Assembly (NCBI GenBank): GCA_028817225.1
Contig: JAPPQC010000026.1
Location: 8,631-72,630, forward strand
Source of the DNA: Gammaproteobacteria bacterium
GTDB lineage: Bacteria > Pseudomonadota > Gammaproteobacteria > Poriferisulfidales > Oxydemutatoraceae
DNA: 64,000 bases
Direction of reading: 5' to 3'
How positions within the stretch are numbered: the stretch's first letter is position 1; the number at the start of each line of letters is the position of its first letter. The position numbers and the translations under genes were made by a program. The notes under the pieces were generated by a model, which was given only the letters and a program-made list of their open reading frames with translations, was not told where the DNA came from and ran no database searches. This document shows, piece by piece, positions 1 through 10,835 of the stretch.

Positions 1-517
1 GCCCGACATGCAGACCGACGCCATTGTCCGCTTCAAGGCCGACAACGCCGCGTGCGCGGCGCTGGCGGCGACGCTGAAACTGGCGGACATCAACGCCGGC
101 GACTACGACGCCGTGTTTTATCCGGGCGGCCACGGGCCGCTGTGGGATCTGGCCGGCGACGCCGACTCGGTTGCGCTGATTGAGGCGATGCACCGCGACG
201 GCAAGCCGGTGGCCGCCGTCTGCCACGGGCCGTGCGTGCTGCTGCGCGCCACCACGCCCGACGGTTCGCCGCTGGTGCGCGGCTGCGCCGTTACCGGCTT
301 TTCCAACACCGAAGAGGATGCGGCGGGGCTGACCGACGCGGTGCCGTTTCTGGTGGAGGACGAATTGAGGCGGCTCGGCGGGCGCTACACGAAGGCCGCC
401 GATTGGCAGGTGTGCGTCGCCGTTGAAGGCAATCTGGTAACCGGGCAGAACCCGGCGTCGTCGGCGGCGGCGGCGGACGAGGTGTTGAAACAACTGGCAA
501 GGCAGCAGGGCGGCTGA
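1..517 (+). CDS. DJ-1/PfpI family protein (class I glutamine amidotransferase-like), 5'-partial at window edge
   Basis: ORF runs into the window start. 'VFYPGGHGP...AVCHGP' matches the DJ-1/PfpI nucleophile-elbow Cys motif. Confidence 0.6.
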   Translation, partial: PDMQTDAIVRFKADNAACAALAATLKLADINAGDYDAVFYPGGHGPLWDLAGDADSVALIEAMHRDGKPVAAVCHGPCVLLRATTPDGSPLVRGCAVTGFSNTEEDAAGLTDAVPFLVEDELRRLGGRYTKAADWQVCVAVEGNLVTGQNPASSAAAADEVLKQLARQQGG

Positions 518-543
518 CCGGGCGGAACCCCCGCCGGGCGCGG

Positions 544-573
544 TTGAGACAGCGGCCCCGGTAACTGGTATAA
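544..573 (+). promoter_or_regulatory. sigma70-like promoter upstream of hflK (GAGACA-N16-TATAAT)
   Basis: TATAAT at 568-573 with a -35-like hexamer 16 nt upstream. A small CCCGG-TTTTT-CCGGG hairpin follows in the leader. Confidence 0.35.
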
Positions 574-619
574 TCCCCCCTCAAGCCCGGTTTTTCCGGG
601 CCTGACGACCGAGAATACA

Positions 620-1786
620 ATGCCTTGGAACCAGTCAAACGGCGAGCGCGACCCGTGGAAAGCGGACGACCGCGGCCCGCCCGATTTGTTCGACCTCTTC
701 CGAAAACTGTTCGGCGGCTTCGGCGGGCGCGGCGGCGGCGGCGGCGGGCGCTTCGGCTCGATGAATATCGGGCTGGTCATCGGGCTGATTGTCGCGGTGT
801 GGCTTTTCTCCGGCATCTACATCGTCAGCGAGGGGCAGCGCGGCGTTGAACTGCGCTTCGGCGCCTACAGCACGACAACGCTGCCCGGCCCGCACTGGCA
901 CATTCCGTACCCGATCGAGACGGTCGAGGAGGTGGATGTGGACCGCATCCGCTCGGCGCAGAACCAGTCGCACATGCTGACGCAGGACGAGAACATCGTC
1001 GAGGTTGAACTGGCGGTGCAGTACCGCATCAAGAGCGCCTCCGATTACCTGTTTCATGTGCGCCTGCCCGATGTCGCCGAGGACTTCCGCGACCAGTCCG
1101 TCGGCACGCTGTTTCAGGTGATGGAAAGCGCGCTGCGCGAGGTCGTCGGCAAGAGCCGCATGGACTTCATCCTCGGCGAGGGGCGCGCCGAAATCGCCGC
1201 GATGATCAAGCAGTTGATGCAGCAGGTGCTGGACGACTACGAATCCGGCCTGGAGGTGGTGACGGTCAATTTGCAGCAGTCGCAGCCGCCGGAGGCGGTG
1301 CAGGGCGCGTTCGCCGACGCCATCAAGGCGCGCGAAGACGAGATACGCTTTATCAACGAGGCCGAGACCTATTCCAACGGCATCATCCCGCAGGCGCGCG
1401 GCGAGGCGGCGCGCATGATGCAGGAGGCGACCGCCTACCGCGAGAAGGTCATCGCCAATTCCGAGGGCGAGGCGCAGCGCTTTCTGAAACTGCACGGGGA
1501 ATACCGCAAGGCGCCGCAGGTGACGCGCAAGCGCCTCTATTTGCAGGCGATGCAGTCGGTGCTGTCGCGCAGCAACAAGGTGATGGTGGATGTCGAGGGC
1601 GGCAACAACATCTTCTATCTGCCGCTCGACCGCCTGATGAAGGGCGGCGATGCGGCGCCGGCGGCGCCGGGCGCGCAGGGCGGCGCGTCGCCGTCCGACG
1701 GCGCGTCGTCGTCGGCGCGCGACAATCTTTCGTCGCAGGTGCGCCAGGCCATACGCGGCGCGCGGGAGGGGCGCAATGCCCGGTAG
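620..1786 (+). CDS. hflK: FtsH protease modulator HflK (SPFH/band-7)
   Basis: N-terminal TM then SPFH domain ('EGQRGVELRFG...'). A Gly-rich low-complexity insert sits near the N-terminus. Overlaps hflC by 11 nt. Confidence 0.9.
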   Translation: MPWNQSNGERDPWKADDRGPPDLFDLFRKLFGGFGGRGGGGGGRFGSMNIGLVIGLIVAVWLFSGIYIVSEGQRGVELRFGAYSTTTLPGPHWHIPYPIETVEEVDVDRIRSAQNQSHMLTQDENIVEVELAVQYRIKSASDYLFHVRLPDVAEDFRDQSVGTLFQVMESALREVVGKSRMDFILGEGRAEIAAMIKQLMQQVLDDYESGLEVVTVNLQQSQPPEAVQGAFADAIKAREDEIRFINEAETYSNGIIPQARGEAARMMQEATAYREKVIANSEGEAQRFLKLHGEYRKAPQVTRKRLYLQAMQSVLSRSNKVMVDVEGGNNIFYLPLDRLMKGGDAAPAAPGAQGGASPSDGASSSARDNLSSQVRQAIRGAREGRNAR

Positions 1787-2636
1787 AATCGCGCTGACCG
1801 TCGCCGGCCTGCTCGCGGTCGTCGTCTATTTCTCGACCTACATCGTGGACGAGCGCGAGAAGGCGCTGCTGTTCCGTCTCGGCGAGATTGTCGAGTCCGA
1901 CATCAAGCCGGGGCTGCACTTCAAGTACCCGCTGATCAACAACGCCGAGGTCTTTGACGCGCGCATCCTGACGCTGAACGCGAGGCCGGAGAGTTTTCTG
2001 ACGGTCGAGAAGAAGAATGTCACGGTGGACTTCTTCGCCAAATGGAGAATCCGCGATGTCTCGCAGTATTACCGCGCCACGCGCGGCGACGAGCGCAACG
2101 CGCAGAGCAGGCTGTCGCAGATCATGAAGGACGGCCTGCGAAACGAGTTCGGCAAGCGCACGATACAGCAGGCGGTTTCCGGCGAGCGCAGCGAGATCAT
2201 GAACATCCTGCGCGGCAAGGCCAACGCGCTGGCCGAGGAACTGGGCATCGAGGTCGTGGATGTGCGCGTCAGCCGCATTGACCTGCCCGACGATGTCAGC
2301 GGCGCGGTGTATTCGCGGATGCGCGCCGAGCGCAACCGCGTGGCGCGCGACTTCCGCGCGCGCGGCATGGAGGAGGCCGAGCGCATCCGCGCCAAGGCCG
2401 ACCGCGAGCGCACCGAGATTGTCGCCAAGGCGTACCGCGACGCCGAGAAGATACGCGGCGACGGCGACGCCGAATCGGCGGCGACCTACGCCGAAGCCTA
2501 CAGCCAGGACCCGGAGTTTTACGCATTCCTGCGCAGCATCAACGCCTACGAGGGCGCCTTCGGCGGCACCGACACGCTGGTGCTTGAGCCGGATTCAGAA
2601 TTCTTCAATTATTTCGGCCAGCAGGGCGGCAACTGA
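1776..2636 (+). CDS. hflC: FtsH protease modulator HflC
   Basis: Internal ATG at 1776 gives 'MPGRIALTVAGLLAVVVYFSTYIVDEREKALLFRLGE', a classic HflC N-terminus. The longer ORF from 1650 is an Arg-rich artefact. Confidence 0.9.
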   Translation: MPGRIALTVAGLLAVVVYFSTYIVDEREKALLFRLGEIVESDIKPGLHFKYPLINNAEVFDARILTLNARPESFLTVEKKNVTVDFFAKWRIRDVSQYYRATRGDERNAQSRLSQIMKDGLRNEFGKRTIQQAVSGERSEIMNILRGKANALAEELGIEVVDVRVSRIDLPDDVSGAVYSRMRAERNRVARDFRARGMEEAERIRAKADRERTEIVAKAYRDAEKIRGDGDAESAATYAEAYSQDPEFYAFLRSINAYEGAFGGTDTLVLEPDSEFFNYFGQQGGN

Positions 2637-2668
2637 AGCCGCCGTCGCTTGCAGCGGGTGACAGCCGG

Positions 2669-2860
2669 ATGAGATGGTCGGACCTGTTCGTCGCCCTCGG
2701 CCTGGTGATGATCATTGAAGGCATCCTGCCGTTTGTCAGCCCCGAAAAATCGCGCGTCGCCGCGAGGGTGACCGAGAGTCTCAGCAACTTCCGGCTGCGG
2801 CTGTTCGGCTTCATCGCGCTGGCGGGCGGCGCGCTGCTGATCTATATCGCCGGATACTGA
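2669..2860 (+). CDS. DUF2065 small membrane protein (YjeT-like)
   Basis: 63-aa protein with two TM segments immediately after hflC, the conserved position of yjeT. Confidence 0.6.
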   Translation: MRWSDLFVALGLVMIIEGILPFVSPEKSRVAARVTESLSNFRLRLFGFIALAGGALLIYIAGY

Positions 2861-2892
2861 ACTCCGCTCGTTGACGAAACCGCAGGCGGGCG

Positions 2893-4098
2893 ATGGCAGG
2901 CCGGGATTCCAGTGCAAACCGATGGCTTTTGCCGGACGGCGTCGAGCAGGCGCTGCCGGGCGAGGCGCGGCGCATCGAGGCCCTGCGGCGGCGCGTTCTT
3001 GATTTGTTTGATGCGTGGGGCTATGAACTGGTCATCACGCCGCTGATTGAGTACCTGGAATCGCTGCTGGCCGACGCCGACGACGAACTGAACCTTCAGG
3101 TCTTCAAACTGACCGACCAGTCGAGCGGGCGCATGCTCGGCATCCGCGCCGACATGACGCCGCAGGTGGCGCGCATGGACGCCCACATGCTGCACCCGCA
3201 CGGCATCAACCGCCTTTGCTACGCCGGCCAGGTGCTGAAGGCGCGCTGCGAGGGCGTTTCCGGGTCGCGCTCGCCGCTGCAATTCGGCGCCGAGATTTAC
3301 GGCCACGAGGGCGTCGGCAGCAGCATTGAGGTGATTCGCCTGATGCTGGCGGCGCTGGAAGCCGCCGGCGTCGGCGGCGTGCACCTGGGGCTTGGGCATG
3401 TCGGCATCTGCCGCGGTTTCGCGCAGGCCGCCGGGCTGGCGCCTGCGCCCAGCGAGCGCCTGCTGGACCTGCTGAACACGAAGGCCGCCCATGAGATCGA
3501 GGCCTACCTGCGCGAGCAGGGCGTGGCGCGCGGCCAGATAGACTGGTTTGTCTCGCTCGCCGACCTCTACGGCGGCGCCGATGTGCTGGAAGAGGCGCGC
3601 AGGCGCTTCGCCGGCGCGGTGCCGCAGGTGGGCGATGCGCTGGACGAACTGCAAAGCGTCGCCGACGCGCTGGCGCGCAGTTGCCCCGGCATTCAACTGC
3701 ATTGCAATCTCGCCGAACTGCCGGGCTACCACTATGAGACGGGTTTGGTGTTTGCCGGATATGTGCCGTCCATCGGCCAGGAAATCGCGCGCGGCGGGCG
3801 CTACAACAATGTCGGCGAATCGTTCGGCAAGGCGCGGCCCGCCGTGGGTTTCAGCAGCGACCTGAAACTGCTGGCCGCGCTCGGCGACGACGCGGCGTCG
3901 GCGTCGGCGTCGGCGCAGACGCCGGCGGCGCCCATCTGCGCGCCGCCCGACGACGACCCGGCGCTGCATGAAAAGATCGCGTCGCTGCGCGCCGCCGGCG
4001 AGCGCGTCGCGGTGCAATTTGACGCCGCCGCGCCCGCCGCCGGCGCGCGCGCGCTGGTGCGCGACGGCGGCAAATGGGTGGTCACGGAACCATCATGA
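2893..4098 (+). CDS. hisZ: ATP phosphoribosyltransferase regulatory subunit HisZ (HisRS paralogue)
   Basis: 'WLLPDGV...DLFDAWGYELVITPLIEYLESLL' class-II aaRS-like core without anticodon-binding domain. Sits between hflC and purA as in many proteobacteria. Confidence 0.75.
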   Translation: MAGRDSSANRWLLPDGVEQALPGEARRIEALRRRVLDLFDAWGYELVITPLIEYLESLLADADDELNLQVFKLTDQSSGRMLGIRADMTPQVARMDAHMLHPHGINRLCYAGQVLKARCEGVSGSRSPLQFGAEIYGHEGVGSSIEVIRLMLAALEAAGVGGVHLGLGHVGICRGFAQAAGLAPAPSERLLDLLNTKAAHEIEAYLREQGVARGQIDWFVSLADLYGGADVLEEARRRFAGAVPQVGDALDELQSVADALARSCPGIQLHCNLAELPGYHYETGLVFAGYVPSIGQEIARGGRYNNVGESFGKARPAVGFSSDLKLLAALGDDAASASASAQTPAAPICAPPDDDPALHEKIASLRAAGERVAVQFDAAAPAAGARALVRDGGKWVVTEPS

Positions 4099-4111
4099 CG
4101 GCGGCGTTTAG

Positions 4112-5398
<1,287 letters not shown>

Positions 5399-5399
5399 G

Positions 5400-6377
5400 T
5401 CAGGCGACGCGGTCGGGCAGGTCGCCGCCGTCCAGCCACGCGCGCAGGTTTTTCAGCACGCGCCGCCCCATCGCAATCCGCGTCTCGCGCGACGCGCTGC
5501 CGAGGTGCGGCAGCAGCACGGCGTTTTCCAGTTCCAGAAAGCCCGGGTCAAGGTTCGGCTCGCCTTCAAAGACATCCAGGCCGGCGCCGGCGATGACGCC
5601 TTTTTTCAGCGCCTCAATCAGCGCCTGGTTGTCAATGACATCGCCGCGCGCGGTGTTGATCAGGAACGAGCCGGGCTTCATCAGCGCGATGCGCTCGCGG
5701 TTCATCAGGTGGCGGGTCTTGTCGCCGCCGGGGCAGTGCAGCGACAGGAAGTCGGCGTCCGGTATCATCTCTTCAAGCGTCGGGTACGAAGTGGCGCCGA
5801 CTTCGCGCACGGCCTTTTCCGGCGGCTCGAACGGGTCGTGGAACAGTATCTTCATGCCGAAGCCGAAGTGCGCGCGGCGCGCGACGGCGCAGGCGATGCG
5901 CCCGAAGCCGACCAGCCCCAGCGTCTTGCCGGTGACCTTCGTGCCGAGCATGTGCGTCGGGCGCCAGCCGCTCCACGCATTGGCGCGGACATGGCGCTCG
6001 CCCTCGCCGATGCGCCGCGCCGCCGTCAGCATCAGTATCATGGCGATGTCGGCGGTGCAGTCGGTCAGCACTTCGGGCGTGTTGGTTACGCGAATGCCGG
6101 CCTTCTTGGCGGCGTCAAGGTCAATGTGGTTGAAGCCGACGCCGAAGTTGCCGAGAAATTGGCAGCGGATGCCGTCGGCGCCGAGCGTCTCGGCGTCCAT
6201 CGGGTCGGTCACCGTCGGCAGCACGCAGTCGGCGCTGCGCAGCGCGTCCTGCAATTCGCCGCGCGACATCGGGCGGTCTTCCTCGTTGAGGCGCACATCG
6301 TTGCACATCTCGCGCAGTTCGTCCTCTACGACGGACGGCCAGCGCCGCGTGACAATGACGGTCGGTGTTTTGCTCAT
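5400..6377 (-). CDS. hprA: D-isomer-specific 2-hydroxyacid dehydrogenase (hydroxypyruvate/glycerate dehydrogenase by context)
   Basis: NAD Rossmann 'GLVGFGRIACAVARRA' and catalytic R/E/H pattern. Last gene of the serine-cycle cluster. Strong SD 'AGAGGAAA' 6 nt upstream. Confidence 0.8.
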   Translation of the reverse strand: MSKTPTVIVTRRWPSVVEDELREMCNDVRLNEEDRPMSRGELQDALRSADCVLPTVTDPMDAETLGADGIRCQFLGNFGVGFNHIDLDAAKKAGIRVTNTPEVLTDCTADIAMILMLTAARRIGEGERHVRANAWSGWRPTHMLGTKVTGKTLGLVGFGRIACAVARRAHFGFGMKILFHDPFEPPEKAVREVGATSYPTLEEMIPDADFLSLHCPGGDKTRHLMNRERIALMKPGSFLINTARGDVIDNQALIEALKKGVIAGAGLDVFEGEPNLDPGFLELENAVLLPHLGSASRETRIAMGRRVLKNLRAWLDGGDLPDRVA

Positions 6378-6395
6378 GGCGGTTTCCTCTTGCTT

Positions 6396-7286
6396 TTATT
6401 TGCGGTCTTTCAGCACTTTGGCCATCGTCGCGCCCAGTTCCGACGGGTTCGGCGCGATGACGACGCCGGCGTTTTTCAGTATTTCGGTCTTCTCGGCGGC
6501 GCTCTCGCCCTTGCCGGAGACGATGGCGCCGGCGTGGCCCATGCGCCGCCCCTTCGGCGCCGTCAGCCCGGCCACATAGGCGACCACCGGCTTGGTCATG
6601 TAACTGCGGATGTATTCGGCGGCCTCGGCTTCCTGCGGGCCGCCGATTTCGCCGATCATCATCACCGCGCGGGTTTCAAGGTCGGTCTCGAACATCTCGA
6701 GGATGTCGCGGTGCGAACTGCCGTTGATGGGGTCGCCGCCGATGCCGACGCTGGTGGAGATGCCGATGCCAGCGGCCTGCATCTGCGACGCGGCCTCGTA
6801 GCCGAGCGTGCCGGAGCGGGCGACGACGCCGATGTTGCCGGCCTTGTAGATGTGGCCGGGCATGATGCCGAGCATCGCCTTGCCGGGGCTGATGGTGCCG
6901 GCGCAGTTGGGGCCGGTCAGCACCATTTTCTTCTCGCGGCGGTAGCGGCGCATGAAGCGCTTGACGCGCATCATGTCGAGCGCCGGGATGCCGTCGGTGA
7001 TGGCGACGCAGTAGCGAATGCCGCCGTCGGCGGCCTCCATGATGGAGTCGGCGGCGGCGGCGGCGGGCACGAACAGCACGCTGGCCTCGGCGCCGGTCTC
7101 GCGCACCGCGTCCTTGACGGTGTTGAAGACGGGCTTGCCGAGGTGGTCGGCGCCGCCCTTGCCGGGCGTCACGCCGCCGACGATGCGGGTGCCGTATTCC
7201 ATCATCTCCTTGGCGTGGAAGGTGCCGATCTTGCCGGTGAAGCCCTGCACGATGACGCGGGTTTTGTCGTCTAACAGTATGGACAT
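6396..7286 (-). CDS. mtkB: malate--CoA ligase (malate thiokinase) alpha subunit (SucD paralogue)
   Basis: CoA-binding/SucD-type alpha subunit ('VIVQGFTGKIGTFH'). Called Mtk rather than Suc because of the adjacent mcl/sga/hprA. Confidence 0.72.
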   Translation of the reverse strand: MSILLDDKTRVIVQGFTGKIGTFHAKEMMEYGTRIVGGVTPGKGGADHLGKPVFNTVKDAVRETGAEASVLFVPAAAAADSIMEAADGGIRYCVAITDGIPALDMMRVKRFMRRYRREKKMVLTGPNCAGTISPGKAMLGIMPGHIYKAGNIGVVARSGTLGYEAASQMQAAGIGISTSVGIGGDPINGSSHRDILEMFETDLETRAVMMIGEIGGPQEAEAAEYIRSYMTKPVVAYVAGLTAPKGRRMGHAGAIVSGKGESAAEKTEILKNAGVVIAPNPSELGATMAKVLKDRK

Positions 7287-7305
7287 GGTCGTTTCTCCGC
7301 GGCGC

Positions 7306-8472
7306 TCAGCGCCGGCTGGCGGCCTCGACGGCCTTGTGGGCGGCTTCGCCGAGCGTTTCCGTCGAGACCAGCGGCAGGCCGCTGTCTTTCAGCATCTTGC
7401 GCCCGACTTCTACATTGGTGCCGGACAGCCGCACGACCAGCGGCACCTTCAGGTTGATGGACTGGATGGCCTTGATCAGGCCCTCGGCGATCCAGTCGCA
7501 GCGGTTGATGCCGGCGTAGATGTTGACCAGCATCGCCTTGACGCTCTTGTCTTGCAGCACCAGTTCAAACGCCTTGGCGACGCGCTCCGGCGACGCGCCG
7601 CCGCCGATGTCGAGGAAGTTGGCGGGTTCGCCGCCGGCGTGCTTGATCATGTCCATCGTCGCCATCGCCAGGCCGGCGCCGTTGATCATGCAGCCGATGT
7701 TGCCTTCCAGGCCGACATAGCTGAGGTCGTGGTCGGAGGCGCTGGTCTCGCGCGGGTCTTCCTGCGACTTGTCGCGCATCTCGGCGATTTCCGGGTGGCG
7801 GAACAGCGCGTTGTCGTCCACGATCATCTTGGCGTCGAGCGCGATCAGTTCGCCGCCCTTGGTGATGACCAGCGGGTTGACCTCGACGAGGCTGGCGTCG
7901 GACTTGATCAGCGCGCGGTAGCAGCCGGTGATGGCGCGTATCGCGTCTTTCAGCAGGGTTTTCGGGATGTTCAGCGCGAACGCGAGTTCGGCGGCCTGAA
8001 AGCGGCGCAGGTCCACCGCCGGGTCAATCGGGATGCGGACAATCGAGTCGGGGCGCTCGGCGGCGAGTTCCTCGATGGCCATGCCGCCGCTGGCCGAGGC
8101 GACGGCGACGATGCGCTCGCTGGCGCGGTCGAGGACGAAGGCGAGGTAGAGTTCGCGGTCAATGTCGGTGCCGGCCTCGATATAGACCTTCTCGACAATC
8201 TTGCCCTGCGGCCCGGTCTGCACCGTCGCCAGCCGCGTGCCGATCATCTGGTTGGTGGCTTTCTGCACCTCTTCCTCGCTTTTGCACAACTTGACGCCGC
8301 CGGCCTTGCCGCGCGCGCCGGAATGAATCTGCGCCTTGACGACGCACGCCGGCGTGCCCAACTGGTGGTAGCAGGTGGTCGCCTGCGCCGGGCTGTACGC
8401 CAGTTTGCCGGCGGCGATGGGGACGCCGTATTGCTGCAAGATTTCCTTCGCCTGGTATTCGTGTATGTCCAC
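7306..8472 (-). CDS. mtkA: malate--CoA ligase (malate thiokinase) beta subunit (SucC paralogue)
   Basis: 'MDIHEYQAKEIL...VVKAQIHSGARGKAGGVKL' ATP-grasp beta subunit. 'AQIH.GARGKAGG' is MtkA-like rather than SucC-like. Confidence 0.72.
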   Translation of the reverse strand: MDIHEYQAKEILQQYGVPIAAGKLAYSPAQATTCYHQLGTPACVVKAQIHSGARGKAGGVKLCKSEEEVQKATNQMIGTRLATVQTGPQGKIVEKVYIEAGTDIDRELYLAFVLDRASERIVAVASASGGMAIEELAAERPDSIVRIPIDPAVDLRRFQAAELAFALNIPKTLLKDAIRAITGCYRALIKSDASLVEVNPLVITKGGELIALDAKMIVDDNALFRHPEIAEMRDKSQEDPRETSASDHDLSYVGLEGNIGCMINGAGLAMATMDMIKHAGGEPANFLDIGGGASPERVAKAFELVLQDKSVKAMLVNIYAGINRCDWIAEGLIKAIQSINLKVPLVVRLSGTNVEVGRKMLKDSGLPLVSTETLGEAAHKAVEAASRR

Positions 8473-8537
8473 TGGTTTTGTCTCCTGTCGCGGCGGCGCG
8501 CGGGCGCGCCGGGCGTGGTTGGTTCAGCGTCGCCGGT

Positions 8538-9485
8538 TCAGCCTTGCCTGGCCTCGATGACCCGGGCCATCTTGACGACATTCTCGGCCATGCGCGCCGA
8601 CGCCGCGTCAATCATCTTGCCGTCGAGCGACGCCGCGCCGCGGCCTTCGGCGGCGGCTTTTTCCAGTTCCTCGAGGATGCGGCGCGCCTTGTTGACCTCG
8701 GCTTCGGGCGGCGAGAACACCTCGTTGGCGAGCGCGATTTGCGACGGGTGGATTGCCCACTTGCCTTCAATGCCGAGCGCCGCGGCGCGGCGCGCCGCCA
8801 GCGTGTAGCCTTCGGCGTCGTTGAAGTCGCCGAACGGGCCGTCTATCGGGCGCAGGCCGAAGGCGCGGCACGCCACCGTCATCCGCGTGATGGCGGCGTG
8901 CCACTGGTCGCCGGGGTAGTCGGGGTTGAGGCCGCCGATGTTGACGGTGCGCGCGCGGTTGCTGGCGGCGTAGTCGGCGACGCCGAAATGCAGCGCCTCA
9001 AGCCGCGTGCACGGCGACGCCGCGATGCGCTCGACATTGGCCATGCCGAGCGCCGTCTCAATCAGCGCCTCGAGGCCGATGCGGTGGCCGATGCCCTTGG
9101 CCTCCTCGATTTGCGACACCATCACATCCACGGTGTAGAGGTCGTCGGGCACGCCGACTTTCGGCACCAGGATGGTGTCCAGATGCTGTCCGGCCTGTTC
9201 GACGACATCCACGACATCGCGGTACATGTAATGCGTGTCAAGGCCGTTGATTCGCACCGACACGGTCTTGCCGGCGTTCTTCCAGTCAAGCGAGTTGAGC
9301 GCCTCGATGATGTTCTTGCGCGCCTGCAACTTGTCGTCGGGGGCGACGGCGTCTTCCAGGTCGAGGAACACATAGTCGGCGTCGCAGGCAAGCGCCTTTT
9401 CAATCATGCGCGGGTTGGAACCGGGCACCGCCAGTTCGCTGCGCTGCAAGCGCTCGCGCGCCGGTTCAAATCTTGTGTGGCTCAT
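8538..9485 (-). CDS. mcl: L-malyl-CoA/beta-methylmalyl-CoA lyase (HpcH/HpaI-CitE aldolase family)
   Basis: 'YVFLDLEDAVAPDDKLQARKN...' CitE-like TIM-barrel lyase in a serine-cycle context. Confidence 0.8.
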   Translation of the reverse strand: MSHTRFEPARERLQRSELAVPGSNPRMIEKALACDADYVFLDLEDAVAPDDKLQARKNIIEALNSLDWKNAGKTVSVRINGLDTHYMYRDVVDVVEQAGQHLDTILVPKVGVPDDLYTVDVMVSQIEEAKGIGHRIGLEALIETALGMANVERIAASPCTRLEALHFGVADYAASNRARTVNIGGLNPDYPGDQWHAAITRMTVACRAFGLRPIDGPFGDFNDAEGYTLAARRAAALGIEGKWAIHPSQIALANEVFSPPEAEVNKARRILEELEKAAAEGRGAASLDGKMIDAASARMAENVVKMARVIEARQG

Positions 9486-9572
9486 CGCGTGTTCTCCGGC
9501 ACGGCGCGGACGGCGGACTTGCGGGCCTTGCGCGCCGGCAATCTTGTGTGGTTCATCTTTGCGTCCCCTGCG

Positions 9573-10835
9573 TCAGCGCCGCACGATGGCGGATTTGGAC
9601 GCCTTGCGGCGGCCTTTCTTCGGCGCCGGCGCCGCTTTCGCGCTGGACAGTTTGGCTTTCAGCGGCGGCGCCGTGCGGCGGTAGTATTCCAGCGCGGCGC
9701 CGACGCCCGCGCCCGGCTCGATGCGAAGCCCGGCGTCGCGCATCGCCATCTCGGCGGTGGCCAGCGCCGCCAGCACCGAAGTCTCGTTGTGGTCGCCCAG
9801 GTGGCCGATGCGAAACGCCTTGCCGGCCAGCACCGACAGCCCGGCGCCGAGCGACAGGTTGTAGCGGTGGTAGGCGATTTCAATGACATCGCGCGCGTCA
9901 AAGCGCGGCGGCACGCGGATGGCGGTGACGGTGTCGGAATGCCATTTCGGGGCCTTCGCCACCAGTTTCAGGCCCCAGGCGTCCACCGCGCGGCGCACGC
10001 CCTCGGCGAGGCGGTGGTGGCGCTTGAAGATGTTCTCCAGCCCTTCCTCCTCAAGCAGGATTTGCAGCGACCGTTTCAGGCCGTGCAGCAGCGGGATGGA
10101 CGGCGTGTACGGAAAGAAGCCGTCCTTGTTGGCGTTGATGTGGTCCTGGATGTCGAGAAAACACCGCGCGCATTTGGCGGTGTTTCGGGCGCGCAGCGCG
10201 CGGCGGCTGAAACAGACGATGGCCATGCCCGCCGGCAGCATGAAGCCCTTTTGCGAGCCGCTGACGGCGACATCCACTTCCCATTCGTCCATGCGGAAAT
10301 CAATGCTGGCGATGGAACTGACGCCGTCCACATAGAGCATCGCCGGGTGGCCGGCGGCGTTCATCGCGCGGCGCAGGCCGGCGATGTCGCTGGTGACGCC
10401 GGTGGCGGTCTCGTTGTGGCACACCATGACGGCCTTGATCTCGTGCTTGTGGTCGCGTTCAAGGCGGCGTTTGAAACGCTCGACCGGCACGCCTTCGCCC
10501 CACGGCACATCAATCGTCTCGACATCAAGGCCGATGCGAACCGCGAGATCCCACCACAGATGGCTGAACTGGCCGAAGCGCGATGTCAGCACCTTGTCGC
10601 CCGGCGACAGCGTGTTGCTGAGCGCGACTTCCCAGCCCGCGGTGCCGGTGGCCGGAAACAGGAAAGTGCGCCCGCTGCCGGTCTTGAAAACGCGGTTGAC
10701 ATCCTTCAGCATCGGTTTCGTCAGTTTGGCGAAATCGGGCCGGCGGTGGTCTTCCTGCGGAATGTTCATCGCGTTCTGAATCGAGACCGGAATGTTGGTC
10801 GGGCCCGGCACGAACAGGAAATTGCGTCCTGGCAT
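9573..10835 (-). CDS. sga: serine--glyoxylate aminotransferase (class V aminotransferase)
   Basis: 'MPGRNFLFVPGPTNIP', PLP-Lys region 'SGSQKGFMLPAG'. Start placed at the internal ATG at 10835, which has a GAGGA SD. Has an unusual Lys/Arg-rich C-terminal tail. Confidence 0.85.
   Translation of the reverse strand: MPGRNFLFVPGPTNIPVSIQNAMNIPQEDHRRPDFAKLTKPMLKDVNRVFKTGSGRTFLFPATGTAGWEVALSNTLSPGDKVLTSRFGQFSHLWWDLAVRIGLDVETIDVPWGEGVPVERFKRRLERDHKHEIKAVMVCHNETATGVTSDIAGLRRAMNAAGHPAMLYVDGVSSIASIDFRMDEWEVDVAVSGSQKGFMLPAGMAIVCFSRRALRARNTAKCARCFLDIQDHINANKDGFFPYTPSIPLLHGLKRSLQILLEEEGLENIFKRHHRLAEGVRRAVDAWGLKLVAKAPKWHSDTVTAIRVPPRFDARDVIEIAYHRYNLSLGAGLSVLAGKAFRIGHLGDHNETSVLAALATAEMAMRDAGLRIEPGAGVGAALEYYRRTAPPLKAKLSSAKAAPAPKKGRRKASKSAIVRR

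Noticed and set aside
620-760. Gly-rich tract (GGFGGRGGGGGGRFG) in HflK, and a similar one in PurA ([10 protein letters not shown])
   Set aside because: Probably GC-driven low-complexity insertions in linker regions. Not a separate feature.
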